DNA of 62,137 nt, the filler included, from Piptocephalis cylindrospora (Eukaryota): the NCBI GenBank assembly GCA_003614145.1. It is 19 parts of 19 records of this genome, joined end to end, with 100 filler letters (N's around TTAATTAATTAA, not from the genome) between each part and the next. Parts side by side here need not be neighbours in the genome. Positions count along the whole stretch, not along the records: positions 49,243 to 52,309 come from KZ988732.1; positions 52,410 to 55,586 come from KZ988733.1; positions 55,687 to 58,863 come from KZ988734.1; positions 58,964 to 62,137 come from KZ988735.1; 15 more parts are not named here. The stretch is one strand, 5' to 3'. A program made the translations under genes and the position numbers. Positions 51,003 through 62,137 of this stretch are shown in pieces. Below the pieces are notes generated by a model. That model had not been told where the DNA came from, did no database searches, and was given only the letters and a program-made list of their open reading frames with translations. Numbering within the stretch: the first letter of the stretch is position 1; every line of letters begins with the position of its first letter.

Positions 51003-51991
51003 ATGACTTTACCGGTCGCGTTGGTCACAGGAGGAACTCGAGGCATCGGGGCAGCTGTGGTCAAGGCTCTCTTACCGACCCACCGTGTCTGCTTTACCGG
51101 TCGGGATGTCACCAAGGTCCAGGAGCAACAAGAAGCTCACCTTGGCACTGGCCATGAGACACTTGGGGTTGTGTGCAATGTCCGAGAGACCGACCAAGTT
51201 ACGCGTCTTGTCGAGGTAAGCGCTCCTCACGAAGGGAGAAGGGAATGCTCACTGATCCTGCCTAATGAACTAAATAGGAGGTCAAGGCTTATGGTGCATT
51301 AGACTTGGTGGTGCATTGTGCTGGTAGGTGTGGCTATTTAGAATGATGACATCACGAGCTCATCGGTTTAGCCCTCAATAGGGATAACGAGGAATGCTTT
51401 ACTTCTCCGATCGAATGATCAATTGGTGCAAGAGGTCATGGATACCAATTTACACGGGAGTATTCGAGTAACCCGAGGGATCTTGCCGTTACTTCTACGT
51501 CAACGGAAAGGTGAGGCGCTCATACTTGATTTGGCCTGACTCGGACTTATCCCATCCCCCCTCCCAGGCTCCATTATTCATGTCGCGAGTGTGGCTGGCC
51601 CTTTTATGGGTCAATCAGGTCTCTCGATCTATGGAGCATCCAAGGCTGGGCTGATCGGCCTGACTACCTGCTTGGCCAAGGAGGTGGGCCGAAGCGGAGT
51701 GAGGGTGAATTGTCTATGTCCAGGCTACATCCACACCGACATGACCTTGGACATGTCTCCTGACATGGTCAGAGATCTGACAAGCAGGATCCCTCTTGGA
51801 AGATTCGGAGAAGCTCAAGTACGACATGTTTGAGGATAAGATGAGTAGGAATCCCGTAAAGTCTTTGAGGATGAGCACTCACCATGTAGTGTCCTTGTAT
51901 CTAGGAGGTTGCCCAGGCCGTACTCTACCTTCATCAGGCCCAGTACATGACCGGACAAACATTAGTTCTTGATGGAGGGTTGTCCACTTGA
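51003..51991 (+). CDS. Short-chain dehydrogenase, 3-oxoacyl-ACP reductase-like (FabG/CBR4); multi-exon
   Basis: VTGGTRGIG, YGASKAG, VNCLCPGYIHTDMT, IPLGRFG, YMTGQTLVLDGG. Confidence 0.92.
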
Positions 51992-52046
51992 TGGACGCGG
52001 CAGAGCATGCGTTGTTATCCTGGCATGGAGCACTTTAGTGAGGATT

Positions 52047-52121
52047 CCCTCTGGTATGGACCGCCCTAGTAGAGATATCCTCTGGTATGGATTGCCCTAG
52101 TAGAGATCCCCTCTGGCATGC
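52047..52121 (+). repeat. ~31-bp tandem repeat, about 2.4 copies, downstream of the SDR gene
   Basis: CCTCTGGTATGGA(CC/TT)GCCCTAGTAGAGAT repeated. Confidence 0.75.
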
Positions 52122-52410
52122 ATCCCTCCAATGGGGATCCCTCCTCTTTATACAAAGAATACATTATCCCTTTCAGAATAAACACAGTATTAAGAAAGAA
52201 AAAAAAGAACAAGTGCGAGAGAGCACATGGCTACATAAAGACGATTCAATTTCCTTCCCCTCTTCCCCCCCTCTCCCCCCTTCACACCATCCAAATCTAC
52301 CCTACTCATNNNNNNNNNNNNNNNNNNNNNNNNNNNNNNNNNNNNNNNNNNNNTTAATTAATTAANNNNNNNNNNNNNNNNNNNNNNNNNNNNNNNNNNN
52401 NNNNNNNNNT

Positions 52411-52949
52411 TATAAACTGTTCGAATCCCAATGAGCAAGAAAAGATTGCTGCTAGTACGCGGAAGCTTCTTCCCAACTCGCATCCCTCAGCAGTAGTCAC
52501 CGCCCCCTTTTACTGCGACTATGGCTACAACATCAGGGCTGGGAAGAATTTTTACTGCAATTTCAACTGCTGTATCCTCGATGTCGCTCCAGTCACCATT
52601 GGAGACAATGTCCTCTTTGGACCCAATGTCCAAATCTACACGGCCACACATCCTCTAGACCCCAGACTCCGGGCTGAAGGGATAGAGTCCGGCAGTCCCA
52701 TCACGATTGGTAGCGATGTATGGGTTGGGGGATCGGCCATCATTTGTGCTGGAGTCACCATCGGTGATGGGGTAAGCTGGAGAGGGTGATGATGAAGGCG
52801 TTCACCGACTTTACTCACTCCTTTATCCTCCCTAGTGCACAATTGGCGCAGGAAGCGTGGTGACCAAGGATATCCCACCTTACTCTCTTGCAGTGGGGAA
52901 CCCTGCCCGGGTTATCCGAAAGATTGAGGGAGCTCCCGCGACTGAATAA
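52411..52949 (+). CDS. Maltose/galactoside O-acetyltransferase (hexapeptide repeat), 5'-truncated, one intron
   Basis: [68 protein letters not shown]. Confidence 0.93.
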
Positions 52950-53160
52950 TACACTCCTAATCCCCCGCTACAGGCGCCTATCCCTTGAATTATCTGGAAA
53001 TTCATTTAGGATGCATGAACAGGATAACTTCCAAGTAGGCTTGAGCCCGCTTAGCCATAAGAAATCATATTTTTTTCTTGGTCATCCTTTCGTACATGCC
53101 GTGAGGCGTTTCATTTTACTGTTTTTACGTGTCTTTTGCGGTAAACGAAGGGAAACGTGT

Positions 53161-54774
53161 CTAAACAAGACGATAGAGCCCATAAAGAAGAGCAGAGGAA
53201 AGCGCGATGAAATCCACGACGATAACCACCCTCACCCAGACATGATGGACGAATGGGCAACTCTGGACACTCCAATCCCATTCTGAAATGTGTTTAGTAG
53301 GGAGATGTGTAAGTAGATTAAAAGACTAATCCCTCTTACCCGACATTGATACCTGCATCAAAAAATATACACTGCAGTAATTTTGAATGATGACTTACCA
53401 CCGTTAGCTGCCTTCCTCCCGGCGAGGAGCCCTGTGTAGCCTCCGTAATCACCCATCATACTCCGGACGGTAAGTTCTTGAGCGTCGGCCACGACGGTGA
53501 TGTCAGGGGATAGGGGAGAGGGCCAGGGATTGCGTAGACCAGTGACTACGTGTCCCTCCTCCACGCCGTCAGGACCTATGACCAGGCGATGTCTTGTCAT
53601 GCATCCTTCATGATCATGTCCAGCAAGAATCCAAGTGGGTTGCAGGTATCGAAGAATCCATTGAGAGACAGCTGGGGTCAACTGGGTCTGTGAAGAGACG
53701 TACCCCCAGACCCAGTGGATCTCGGGAGGATCAAAACATACGCCTTCGGGTTTATATAGAGGAATGTGGGAAAGGAGAAGGAGGGGTCGTGGATCCTGAG
53801 CCTGTTTCTGCGATGTGACCCATAAATGTTCCCAGGTCTCTTGTTTCAGGTGGCCATGCACCGCCGATTCCAGGGCCATGGAGTTGACCACGACGACACG
53901 CACTCCACTATCCTCCACCCACTCGGCATTGACAGGACCAAATTCACGGACAAATCGATCAACCCTGTCACGTGTTACATCAATCCCATAGCCGATATCG
54001 TGATTCCCCGTCATGTTAACTTTTCGAACCTTCCCAGCATCCTATTGGTGATAGGGTGAGAGTAAGGTATGATTAGTTAACGCGTGAGCACGGATACGGA
54101 TGAGCCAAGATGAGAGACTTGCTTGGGCAAAGGCCTGATTGAGACGATGGGCACGAAGCTCAAACTCATCGTCCATAATGTACTGGGAAGAGAATAAATC
54201 GCCCATGACAATGGCGTGGGTAGGCTTTAGGGTACGTAGGATTCGAGTGTATATGTGCTGGATATACGCATCATTGAAGGCAAGGTCCAACCAGCCTACA
54301 TGTACTCGGGAATGGAGAAGTAGCGGAGAGAGTGAATGGATGTGTAGAACTAAATGATGGAAAGAGGCAAATGCATCATAAAGTACCTGTGAAAGGTTCC
54401 CGTGCTAGCTTGGCATTCCCTTCGATTTGTGGGTCACCAAAAAGGGCCAACTTGATATCGGCACCTAATAAAGATCAAAGAAGGGGTTGTTCGATGATGA
54501 ATTAATTGATAATTAGGAACTGAAATCGATAAGCCTAGGGAGTGATTTTAAATGACCTCGAATGGCGCCACTTACCCGAGAGACCCCAGGTGCAGGTCTC
54601 AGTGTAAAAGTACAGATAAAGGTTGGGAAGGAGGAGGAGGAGGAGGGAGGGGAACAAGATGGACTGGTACAGAAAGGAACGATCGATACGGAGCCGGTTC
54701 TGATCCTTCCATCGGAGAGGATCTGATGAGGGAAAGCGGACCTTGGGGGAGGGTGGGAGCTGCTTGCCTATCAT
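53161..54774 (-). CDS. TED1: Metallophosphoesterase Ted1-like (GPI remodelling); multi-exon
   Basis: GDPQIEG, GDLFSSQYI, GNHDIGYG, SHIPLYK, GHDHEGC, ELTVRSMMGDYGG; terminal hydrophobic segments. Confidence 0.85.
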
Positions 54775-54935
54775 TTTCCTGGGCTCTTGTTCTTGCAGCT
54801 GTAACGAAAGGGTAACAGCCATCATCTAAGGTGTGCTGGGGAGGGGAGTGGAGGAGAGGAGAGAGTGGGGGAGGATAGAGGTGGGAGTGGCAGAGACGGA
54901 CAGGGTGGATGAGGGGAAAGTGAAGAGGGAGGAGC

Positions 54936-55038
54936 GGAAGGAGGAATGAAAGGAGGAACGAAAGGAAGGATGAAAGGAGGAACGAAAGGAAGGATGAAAG
55001 GAGGAACGGAAGGAGGGATGAAAGGAGGAACGAAGGAA
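54936..55038 (+). repeat. 24-bp purine-rich tandem repeat, about 4 copies
   Basis: GATGAAAGGAGGAACGAAAGGAAG units upstream of TED1. Confidence 0.85.
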
Positions 55039-55531
55039 AGAAAGAGAATGGGATTCAAATGGGAAGAAAGCCCAAAGTGGACCGATCCTATGTTGGTGGT
55101 TCATTTAGGTAGGAATATTTCCAGATCCGCAGCGGAATTAGATTATGTGTATCTCCGCTGGCGAGCAGACCCGTGATCCCGAAACAATGATTTGTGGAGG
55201 TTGTTCCTATGCACCATTCCTTCAAGGGCAGTTGGTTGGTGCACAACTCAAGATTTATTCTTTTGAAATTGCCTGTGAAAGTAACACTGATTGAGGGGGA
55301 GAAAGTGAGGAAATTCGGTCTACTTTGTCGCCGAGAACATTCACTAGGACTTGATCAATGAACCAGTTTATCGTCACAAGATGGAACAGGAGGCCCGATG
55401 GGACATACCCCACCCCTCCCGCTCTCTACGCATCATCCCCTCCAGAAAAAGAGTTCGTCTCCACATCCAAAAGCTATTCACCCGAAGTCCTGGGCATCTT
55501 CGGGCGACAAGGACACAGTCGACCGGTTGGA

Positions 55532-55586
55532 TTCCGCGTACTAGCAGCAATCTTTTCTTGCTCATTGGGATTCGAACAGTTTATAA
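55532..55586 (-). repeat. 55-bp inverted copy of the contig start (52410-52464)
   Basis: TTCCGCGTACTAG...CAGTTTATAA is the exact reverse complement of TTATAAACTG...TACGCGGAA. Confidence 0.95.
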
Positions 55587-55686
55587 NNNNNNNNNNNNNN
55601 NNNNNNNNNNNNNNNNNNNNNNNNNNNNNNTTAATTAATTAANNNNNNNNNNNNNNNNNNNNNNNNNNNNNNNNNNNNNNNNNNNN

Positions 55687-56911
55687 TGAGGGGTGGAAGA
55701 TGATGAACTTGGCCAATGAAGTGTTTGGCTTTAGTGGATGGAGATCCGAGATCAAGACCCTCTCCGTGGACTTTGTAAGTGGGTTGGGAGGGAAGGATAG
55801 GCGTGGCTAGGGGACTCTTGACATCAGCTTACCCCATGCATGCTCACTATAGATTGAGGAAAGGGAAGGAAGGGTATCCTTGGCCGTTACATCGACCATC
55901 CGTGTCATCATTCGGGATGGGGCCTATCGTGAGGTAGGCTGGGTGGGGAGATGTGGAAAGAAGGATGATCTTATTCTAATCATCCTCTTCTTTCTTATCA
56001 ATACTTTTTCCCTATAGGACATTGGCTTTGGAAGCGCGGATAATGTTCGAAGCAAGGGTCAAGCTATGGAAAAGGTAAGAGAAATATGTTGATTCATCCT
56101 CTCTACCCCCATGTCCTATCCTAATTGCATCCCCTCCACTCCATCCTATAAGGCCAAGAAGGAAGCGGTGACAGATGGGATCAAGAGGTGCTTTCGACAA
56201 TTTGGAAATTTGATGGGGAATTGCCTGTACGACAAAAGGTACCTTCAATCGGTTAATCGATTCATTCAGCCCGTACGACCCCTCTCCGAGGACTCCTTGC
56301 ATCGACAAGCAGAATTCCGCGCCAAAAGATCATTACCTCAGGGATCCGGGCCGGAGAAGGAGCAGAAACGCAGATTTCCAAGCCCCACGGAAGACCAAAT
56401 CCAAGGGAACGGTCCATCTGTAGGGGCCAATGGGCATGGAAGCGCCTCCATGCCTACTCAAAGATCAAGAAATGCGCAAGGTGCTCAAGGAATGACGGAT
56501 GGACCTCCGACAGCCACCATGACCAACCAGGATAGGGCCTCTTTTGCTGGGATGGACCCAAGAACAAGGACCCCTACTCGACCAACAAACCAAGCTGCCG
56601 CGATTAGGGAGCCTCCCAAGACCCCTTCCAGATCCGACAATCGATCAGCCAACCCCGCTTCTACCATGGCCGCCATGGACTCTGTCTCTGCCCCAGTTGC
56701 GCCTACCGGTTTTGTCTCAGCCTCCTCCCTTCACACCCGTGAAAAGGGGACGTCCTCCCACAGAAAGTCCTTCCAGATGGAAGATGGGTACGATGACCAG
56801 GATGATGCTACTCTGTATGCCCTGGCAGAGACCGTCGAGTCGGACCGATTGTTCTTTGAGGAGGAGTCACTCATCCCATCGGATTTACCCACCTCGGAAC
56901 AGCCCATGTAA
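55687..56911 (+). CDS. RAD52: DNA repair and recombination protein Rad52, 5'-truncated, spliced
   Basis: EGWKMMNLANEVFGFSGWRS, IRDGAYRE|DIGFG, SKGQAMEK|AKKEAVTDGIKRCFRQFGNLMGNCLYDK. Confidence 0.93.
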
Positions 56912-57346
56912 GTAATGTGTGGATCTGGAGTGGGCACAGGGTTTACTCCTCCATCCCTCTGCTTACCCTCTCCACTTGGGTATGACCATGGTCCATGTTC
57001 ATGACTAGGGAAAGATTGGGTGGTGGGCCTCAGCGACCAACTCAGCGTACCGGCTCAGCCCCTGTACTCCTCAGTTCACCTGCCAGGCCCCCATGATCCT
57101 CGATGTGTCTCTCCGTGTATAACGGCGGCAGTGCTGTGTAGAATGTAAAAGGCTTTAAGGGTGATGGGTGTTTTGAATGAGAGCTTTTGGTTAGGGTGAT
57201 CCTCTACAGTACAAGTAGATATCATTTCCCTATCCATATATCACGCTACGGCACAACAACAACAGTATGGCATTCCATTCTCTCCCCTTCCTCCTTCACA
57301 CCGCAAATGACCCCTAGAAGACCAAAAAGCGAGGGGAAGAGGCGGC

Positions 57347-58863
57347 TCACAAGAACTCGGAGGGCCTCTCACCCTTACCACCAGCCAGGTCAAAGACCAA
57401 ACCGGCCACCTTCCAGGCCAGAGTATCGCACTCGGAGCGGGTAGCGGCTTCGGCGTACACGCGGACAACATCCTCGGTACCGGAGGGACGGACAAAGGCA
57501 CGACCAGCGGAGAACTTGGCGATCTCTGCGTCAATCTTCTCCTGCAGACCGGCGGGCGCGACAAGCTGAGTGTCGGCCATGGTGGTACGGAAGGCGGACC
57601 GGTCCTCGACGAGGACTCGGACTAGCCTGGAGGGCAGGTCAGTGTAATCCTGATCCCACCTCTCGAGGGGCCATTGCTTGTTCGCGAGGATGGCCTCGAC
57701 AAAGAGGAGATCTGACATGGCATCCCCGACAGTCTGGTTGATCAGGTCAGCCAGGGCCTGGAGCTTCTCCAAGGCCGAGGCATGAGCGGGGGAGTGGCTG
57801 TGTAGATGTGTGTGGGAGAGGGAGAGGAGGAAGGAGAGGTGAGGAGAAGTAAGTGAGGGAAGGGGAAAGGTGCACTCTAGGCAGGCTCACGAGAATATCC
57901 TCACACAAACCCTGACGACTTACGCCTCGGTGGTCTTGAAAGCCTTGAGGGCCTGCTGGGAGAAGAGGACGGTACCGTGACCATTGGCCTCAAAGTACAC
58001 ACCAATGTCGTAGCGCTCGGCCTCGTGATGCAGATGCTTCACTCCGGTGCATACGCAGCTCACGGGAAGCTGAAGGGTGTTACGGAGGTAGGAGGTGGAG
58101 GAGCCGTTGGCGTAGGCGGTCTGGACAACGCCGATGTTCAACTCAATGTCAGCAGCCTTGCACAGTTCGGCAAAGTACATGGCGGCAAGTCCGGCAATCT
58201 TGTCCCCGTCAAGAAGACGGAAGGTACGGTCCTGGGGATCGGCGTAGTAAAAGACAATACGATCGGCATCACCATCAAAGGAGGCATACCGCTCACCTGG
58301 GGTAAGGGCAATACCCTTGGGACCATCCTGACGGGTCTTGACGTAATCGGCGCCACACTCACTGTTGAGGAGGGCGGGGGAATCAATTTCGGTCTTGAGG
58401 ATGTCAAATTGAAGGGGGGAGCTCATGGCGGCAAAGGAATCGGCGAGCTCAGCCAGACGAGGGGCGCCCACGCCGTTGGCACAATCCACATGGATGGGTC
58501 CGGAGATGTTGGAGGCGGCTGAGCCCTTGACTAGGCGGTGAAAGGCGGTGGCGAGCTTTTGGTAGTAGCCGGCCTTGGTAGGTTCCCCGTAGGCCTCGGG
58601 AGTTCCCTGGGTGTTGAGGCATCTGACCATGTAATGGAGCTGGGGAGTGGTAAGGATGCCGTAATCCGTGACCTCGGCCCCCATGGCGCTCAGGGCCCTG
58701 GAGAGTGCGGCGACCAGAGGAGGGCCGCTGGGACGCGTGTCCCGAGCGAAAACGATACGTGCCGGCTTATTCAGATCAATGGAGGCAGATGTGACTAGGG
58801 CATCGGCGGTGGAGGCTAGGGAGGCAGGATCAGCGGCGTTGGCCAGGGTGGTGGCGTGCTCTT
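57347..58863 (-). CDS. PCM1: Phosphoacetylglucosamine mutase (Pcm1/Agm1/PGM3), 5'-truncated, one intron
   Basis: ARDTRPS, TTPQLHY, DCANGVG, FDGDADR, LDGDKIA, QTAYANG, YFEANGHGT, RPSGTEDVVRVYAEA. Confidence 0.96.
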
Positions 58864-58963
58864 NNNNNNNNNNNNNNNNNNNNNNNNNNNNNNNNNNNNN
58901 NNNNNNNTTAATTAATTAANNNNNNNNNNNNNNNNNNNNNNNNNNNNNNNNNNNNNNNNNNNN

Positions 58964-59830
58964 GACCAGAATCGATTTCTCACTCGGTTCAAATTTCATC
59001 GTCGTCAAGTGGCTGACCGTCGCATCGGTGGCTTCTTTGCCCTTCTTATCCTTCTCTCCATCCTTCTTGTTACCATCATACAGGTGACTAGTAAGGCCCC
59101 TTACCGTATGAGAGACCCTCCCCAGATCTGTCCCACGACATGGAGTTATGCCCCCCCTCATCTCTTTGTCACCTTGATCTTCTTTTTCATCCTCCCTTTC
59201 CTCCTCATCCTAATGGAGGGTCCTGGGGATGCTTTTGGGATCCGTAAGGACTTGCGTATCAGCTCCCTCATTATCATTCCTCTCTACCTCTTTTACCTAG
59301 CGTTGAGCTTCTGGAAAAGCCGTACCATGCCCTACTCCCTGTCCACAAGTCTCTTCCTGGCCCTCATTGCCCTGGTCAGCCATGTCTTTGCCATCCTCAT
59401 CCCTGCCATTCGATCTTACCGCGCAACCCCCTCCTCGACCTGGCCCTGTCCAGCGGGAGTTCGATCGACGGCTACATTTACGAGCAAGACGGACTTTCAC
59501 ACAGCGCTCTTACGACCAGAACGGTTCCTGGAGCTAAAGCGCATCGCCGCCATCCACTTTTCTGCCGAAACCACAGCCTTCCTAGACGACCTTCAGGATC
59601 TGGAGAGGGATTATACCCGCACCACCCCCGATCAGAGCATGTACATCTTCCGACAGTATATTATGCCCGGTTCAATCATGGAGATCAAAATTAGTGACCG
59701 AGCTCGGGAAGAAACTTCCCATATGATTTCCATGGGTCTATGCGGGATCTCAGTCTTTGGCGAGGCCCGAGTCGAAATTGAGGAGCTGGTCTGTCTCAAT
59801 TTCTACCCCAAGTTGCACTCTTCCGTGTGA
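58964..59830 (+). CDS. Multi-TM membrane protein with C-terminal RGS domain (GprK/AtRGS1-like architecture), 5'-truncated
   Basis: Four hydrophobic helices, DAFGIRKDL loop, then F..LK......FSAE..AFL...IFRQYIMPGSIMEIKIS...VFGEAR.EIEELV..NFYPK. Confidence 0.85.
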   Translation, partial: DQNRFLTRFKFHRRQVADRRIGGFFALLILLSILLVTIIQVTSKAPYRMRDPPQICPTTWSYAPPHLFVTLIFFFILPFLLILMEGPGDAFGIRKDLRISSLIIIPLYLFYLALSFWKSRTMPYSLSTSLFLALIALVSHVFAILIPAIRSYRATPSSTWPCPAGVRSTATFTSKTDFHTALLRPERFLELKRIAAIHFSAETTAFLDDLQDLERDYTRTTPDQSMYIFRQYIMPGSIMEIKISDRAREETSHMISMGLCGISVFGEARVEIEELVCLNFYPKLHSSV

Positions 59831-60136
59831 TCCTGGGTTCCACTTCTTTTTTGTGACACTCGTCCCATTCTTTTTCTTTCTTGCGCCATCACGGCCTCGT
59901 TTCTTATTCCATACTTTTATCCGGACGTGAGGTGGAGCATCCCCTCTGGTTGATTAGGAAATACAGATGGCGAGGATGGTCGTGCTACCCTTGGGACGCG
60001 GGATAGTGTCTAGTCCATCAATATACCCTCCCTCACACAGAGAATTCATGACCAGTCCCGTACTTTATTCCAAAGCAACAGCCGCCTAATAGCGTTCATC
60101 CTTTCATCATCTCATCGAACTTCTCTTTGCCCAGGC

Positions 60137-60138
<2 letters not shown>

Positions 60139-60174
<36 letters not shown>
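60139..60174 (+). repeat. (CA)n microsatellite
   Basis: Direct inspection. Confidence 0.9.
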
Positions 60175-60176
<2 letters not shown>

Positions 60177-60194
60177 ACTACATCCAAATTAATC

Positions 60195-61201
60195 TTAGTA
60201 GGGATTAAACTTGCGGGTCGCGCGCATCCCCGCAATCTTAGCCTTATCTTCCTCAAACTTGCGTCGAAGTTCCACGAGTTCTACGGAAAAGAAGGGAAAG
60301 AGTAAGTAAAAGGGGATGCAGGATCCTTGTAACCCTCCTTTCCCTTCACAGACGAGCGCTCTTTGCCATAGAACTTACTATCTCGCTTGGCTTCCCGTTG
60401 CTGAAAGCTGTAAAAGTTGACCTCAATCCTCTGCTTGGGCTTGAGGTGCTTGACGTCCTCGAGACGGGCAGCCGAGACAGTGGTGGTCCCGTCGGTGGCC
60501 GTGCCTCTTCGATTGGTACGAGTCACCGTAATAAAGCCGTCCTCATCAGGGACATTGAATTTGGCCGCGATCTTAGCCTCCTCCTCCTTCTTCCTCCGTG
60601 TATACTCGACAATATAGGCATCGGCCTTGGCCTGAAGCTGAGCTGGAGAGGGTCTATGGCTCTGATAGATGGACCGGTACCGGTCTAGACCCAGGGGGGC
60701 TTGGTCAGCCGTACTAGGAGTGATCGATTTGGCGCCGGCCGTCCACTTTTTCGGCTCCGAGGAGAGGCTAAGGGCTTTAACCAACCCATCTGTCTCAAGA
60801 AAGATAAGGTGCGCCGTGGATCCTGGGCTGTGAAGACGGCGCAGGGCCTTTCCTTCCCCTTCTTCCTCCTCCTCCTCTGTTGTTACCGATTTTTGATCAA
60901 AACGAACTTCCTTGACCAGACCGCATGGTCGAAAGATCCGACGAAGGTCTGAGGCCGTAGTGTCCACCGGCAAATTGGTGACAAATAGTGTCCTTCCTTT
61001 GGGAAACTCGCCTCGTCCAGTCCGAGTCTCATGCTCTCGGAGAAATACTTGATGAACCGGGGCCTTCTTCATCAAGCCCTCGGTCGGCATGATCAACTGG
61101 AGAATGTTGAACGAGTTAATTTGGCTCACCACTGGAGACACCGGGGTGGCCTCCTTCTTTGATCGTGCCGACGTCTTGCTCTCTTTCTTGATTTTAGGCA
61201 T
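60195..61201 (-). CDS. RRP7: Ribosomal RNA-processing protein Rrp7; one intron near the 3' end
   Basis: RTLFVTNLP, NVPDEDGFITVTR, NFYSFQQRE, final exon RKFNPY*. Confidence 0.92.
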
Positions 61202-62137
61202 GGTGCGGAATGAGGGCGGAAAAGGAAAGGGAGAGCTGGCTTTTGCTGGACAAAACATGCCTGCCAGCATTGTATATGAGCAGGATGATTTGAAGGTAGA
61301 CCTCAAGAATGTTATTATTGTGTGGGCGGGGCTGGCCAATCATGCAGATGGTGAGATCTGAGAGGATTTTGTTTTTTTTCCGGTGAATTCCACCCACACT
61401 TGCAACGTAGATGACTTGACCTCGTCATGTCAAACGGTGATGATGATCATTAAAGAGGTTCATTGCTGCTTAATTCAACTGCATTTATTCTTCATTTCTT
61501 TCCTCGTATAATAAGATAAAAATGCCCAGTCAGAGGAATTGTAAAAATCCATTGATTTGCCACTTACCTTTTCAACAACATCGTCCGTGCCCTTCCCATT
61601 ACTCCTGCCGCACTCGATTACCTTCTCAGATGCGTAAAACCAATGTACCTTTCCAGTTTTTGTAAAGATAGAGATAATGTTAATCATAACGAACATATAA
61701 TGTAATATACAAGGCGCGTGCTTTGCATTTATTATCGCTTCTCTGCACCTGGAAAAACAGTCGTGGAGCACTGAAAGGCTCCCAAAATTTCGCTCCCTTC
61801 ATCAGTCATGTGTGTGTGGGCAGGTGAGGTCATTCATCCTAGGTGGTGCTCCAACCTTTTTCCATACCATACTTGGGGGTGGATTCAACGGAAGCAGGTC
61901 ATGAGCGGATCGGAGCGGCCAAACTCTCTATCCTGCCTGATTTTGCCGTAGCAACCCGCTCAGCTAAGCGCTTGGCTTTCGTATCTCCCTCCCCCCTTTT
62001 TATACACGGTGCACGTGTTGCCCTTTTTTTCCTTGACCCGGTCTCTTTCCTTTCTCCTCCCCTCTCCCAGCCCTTCTTTCTTTCCTGTGACTTGGTCTCG
62101 CTGGTCGTGACCTTGGATTACCTTGCCTTGATCCTAC

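Noticed and set aside
54826..55176. ORFs with SFHPSFRS or MKGGTKGR repeats
   Set aside because: Translations of a 24-bp minisatellite; no evidence of coding
61475..61771. 98-aa AT-rich minus-strand ORF
   Set aside because: Non-ATG start, atypical composition and no motif

Overview
This window is not one genomic locus. It is a concatenation of 19 short contigs (~3.07-3.22 kb, roughly size-sorted) joined by artificial N44-TTAATTAATTAA-N44 linkers, so adjacency across linkers carries no biological meaning. The DNA is from a gene-dense eukaryote with short GT-AG introns. Gene content (GH19 chitinase, fungalysin, transmembrane RGS protein, SETD9-like, DCTN6, TRAPPC11) suggests an early-diverging fungus; a Zoopagomycota-like mycoparasite from an amplified single-cell library is my inference. 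Most of the window is conserved housekeeping genes, many truncated by contig ends (SEC11, ESF2, STE11, PRP43, CSF1, TAO3, ARP2, RSE1, TED1, RAD52, PCM1, RRP7), plus one tRNA-Ser and a decayed Tc1 transposase. The most notable observations are: (1) a contig bounded by perfect 674-bp inverted repeats enclosing SEC11 and a GNAT gene; (2) an Argonaute with a DEDD tetrad, a frameshift in a G7 run and a downstream 55-bp hairpin; (3) secreted proteins, namely a GH19 chitinase, an Asn/Ala-rich KRR-containing precursor and a ricin-B-like lectin; (4) an RGS domain lacking both conserved Asn residues; (5) an orphan ORF next to the Tc1 relic. Two exact 55-bp contig-end inversions indicate that fold-back chimeras or k=55 assembly artefacts occur in this data, which lowers confidence in all inverted-repeat findings.
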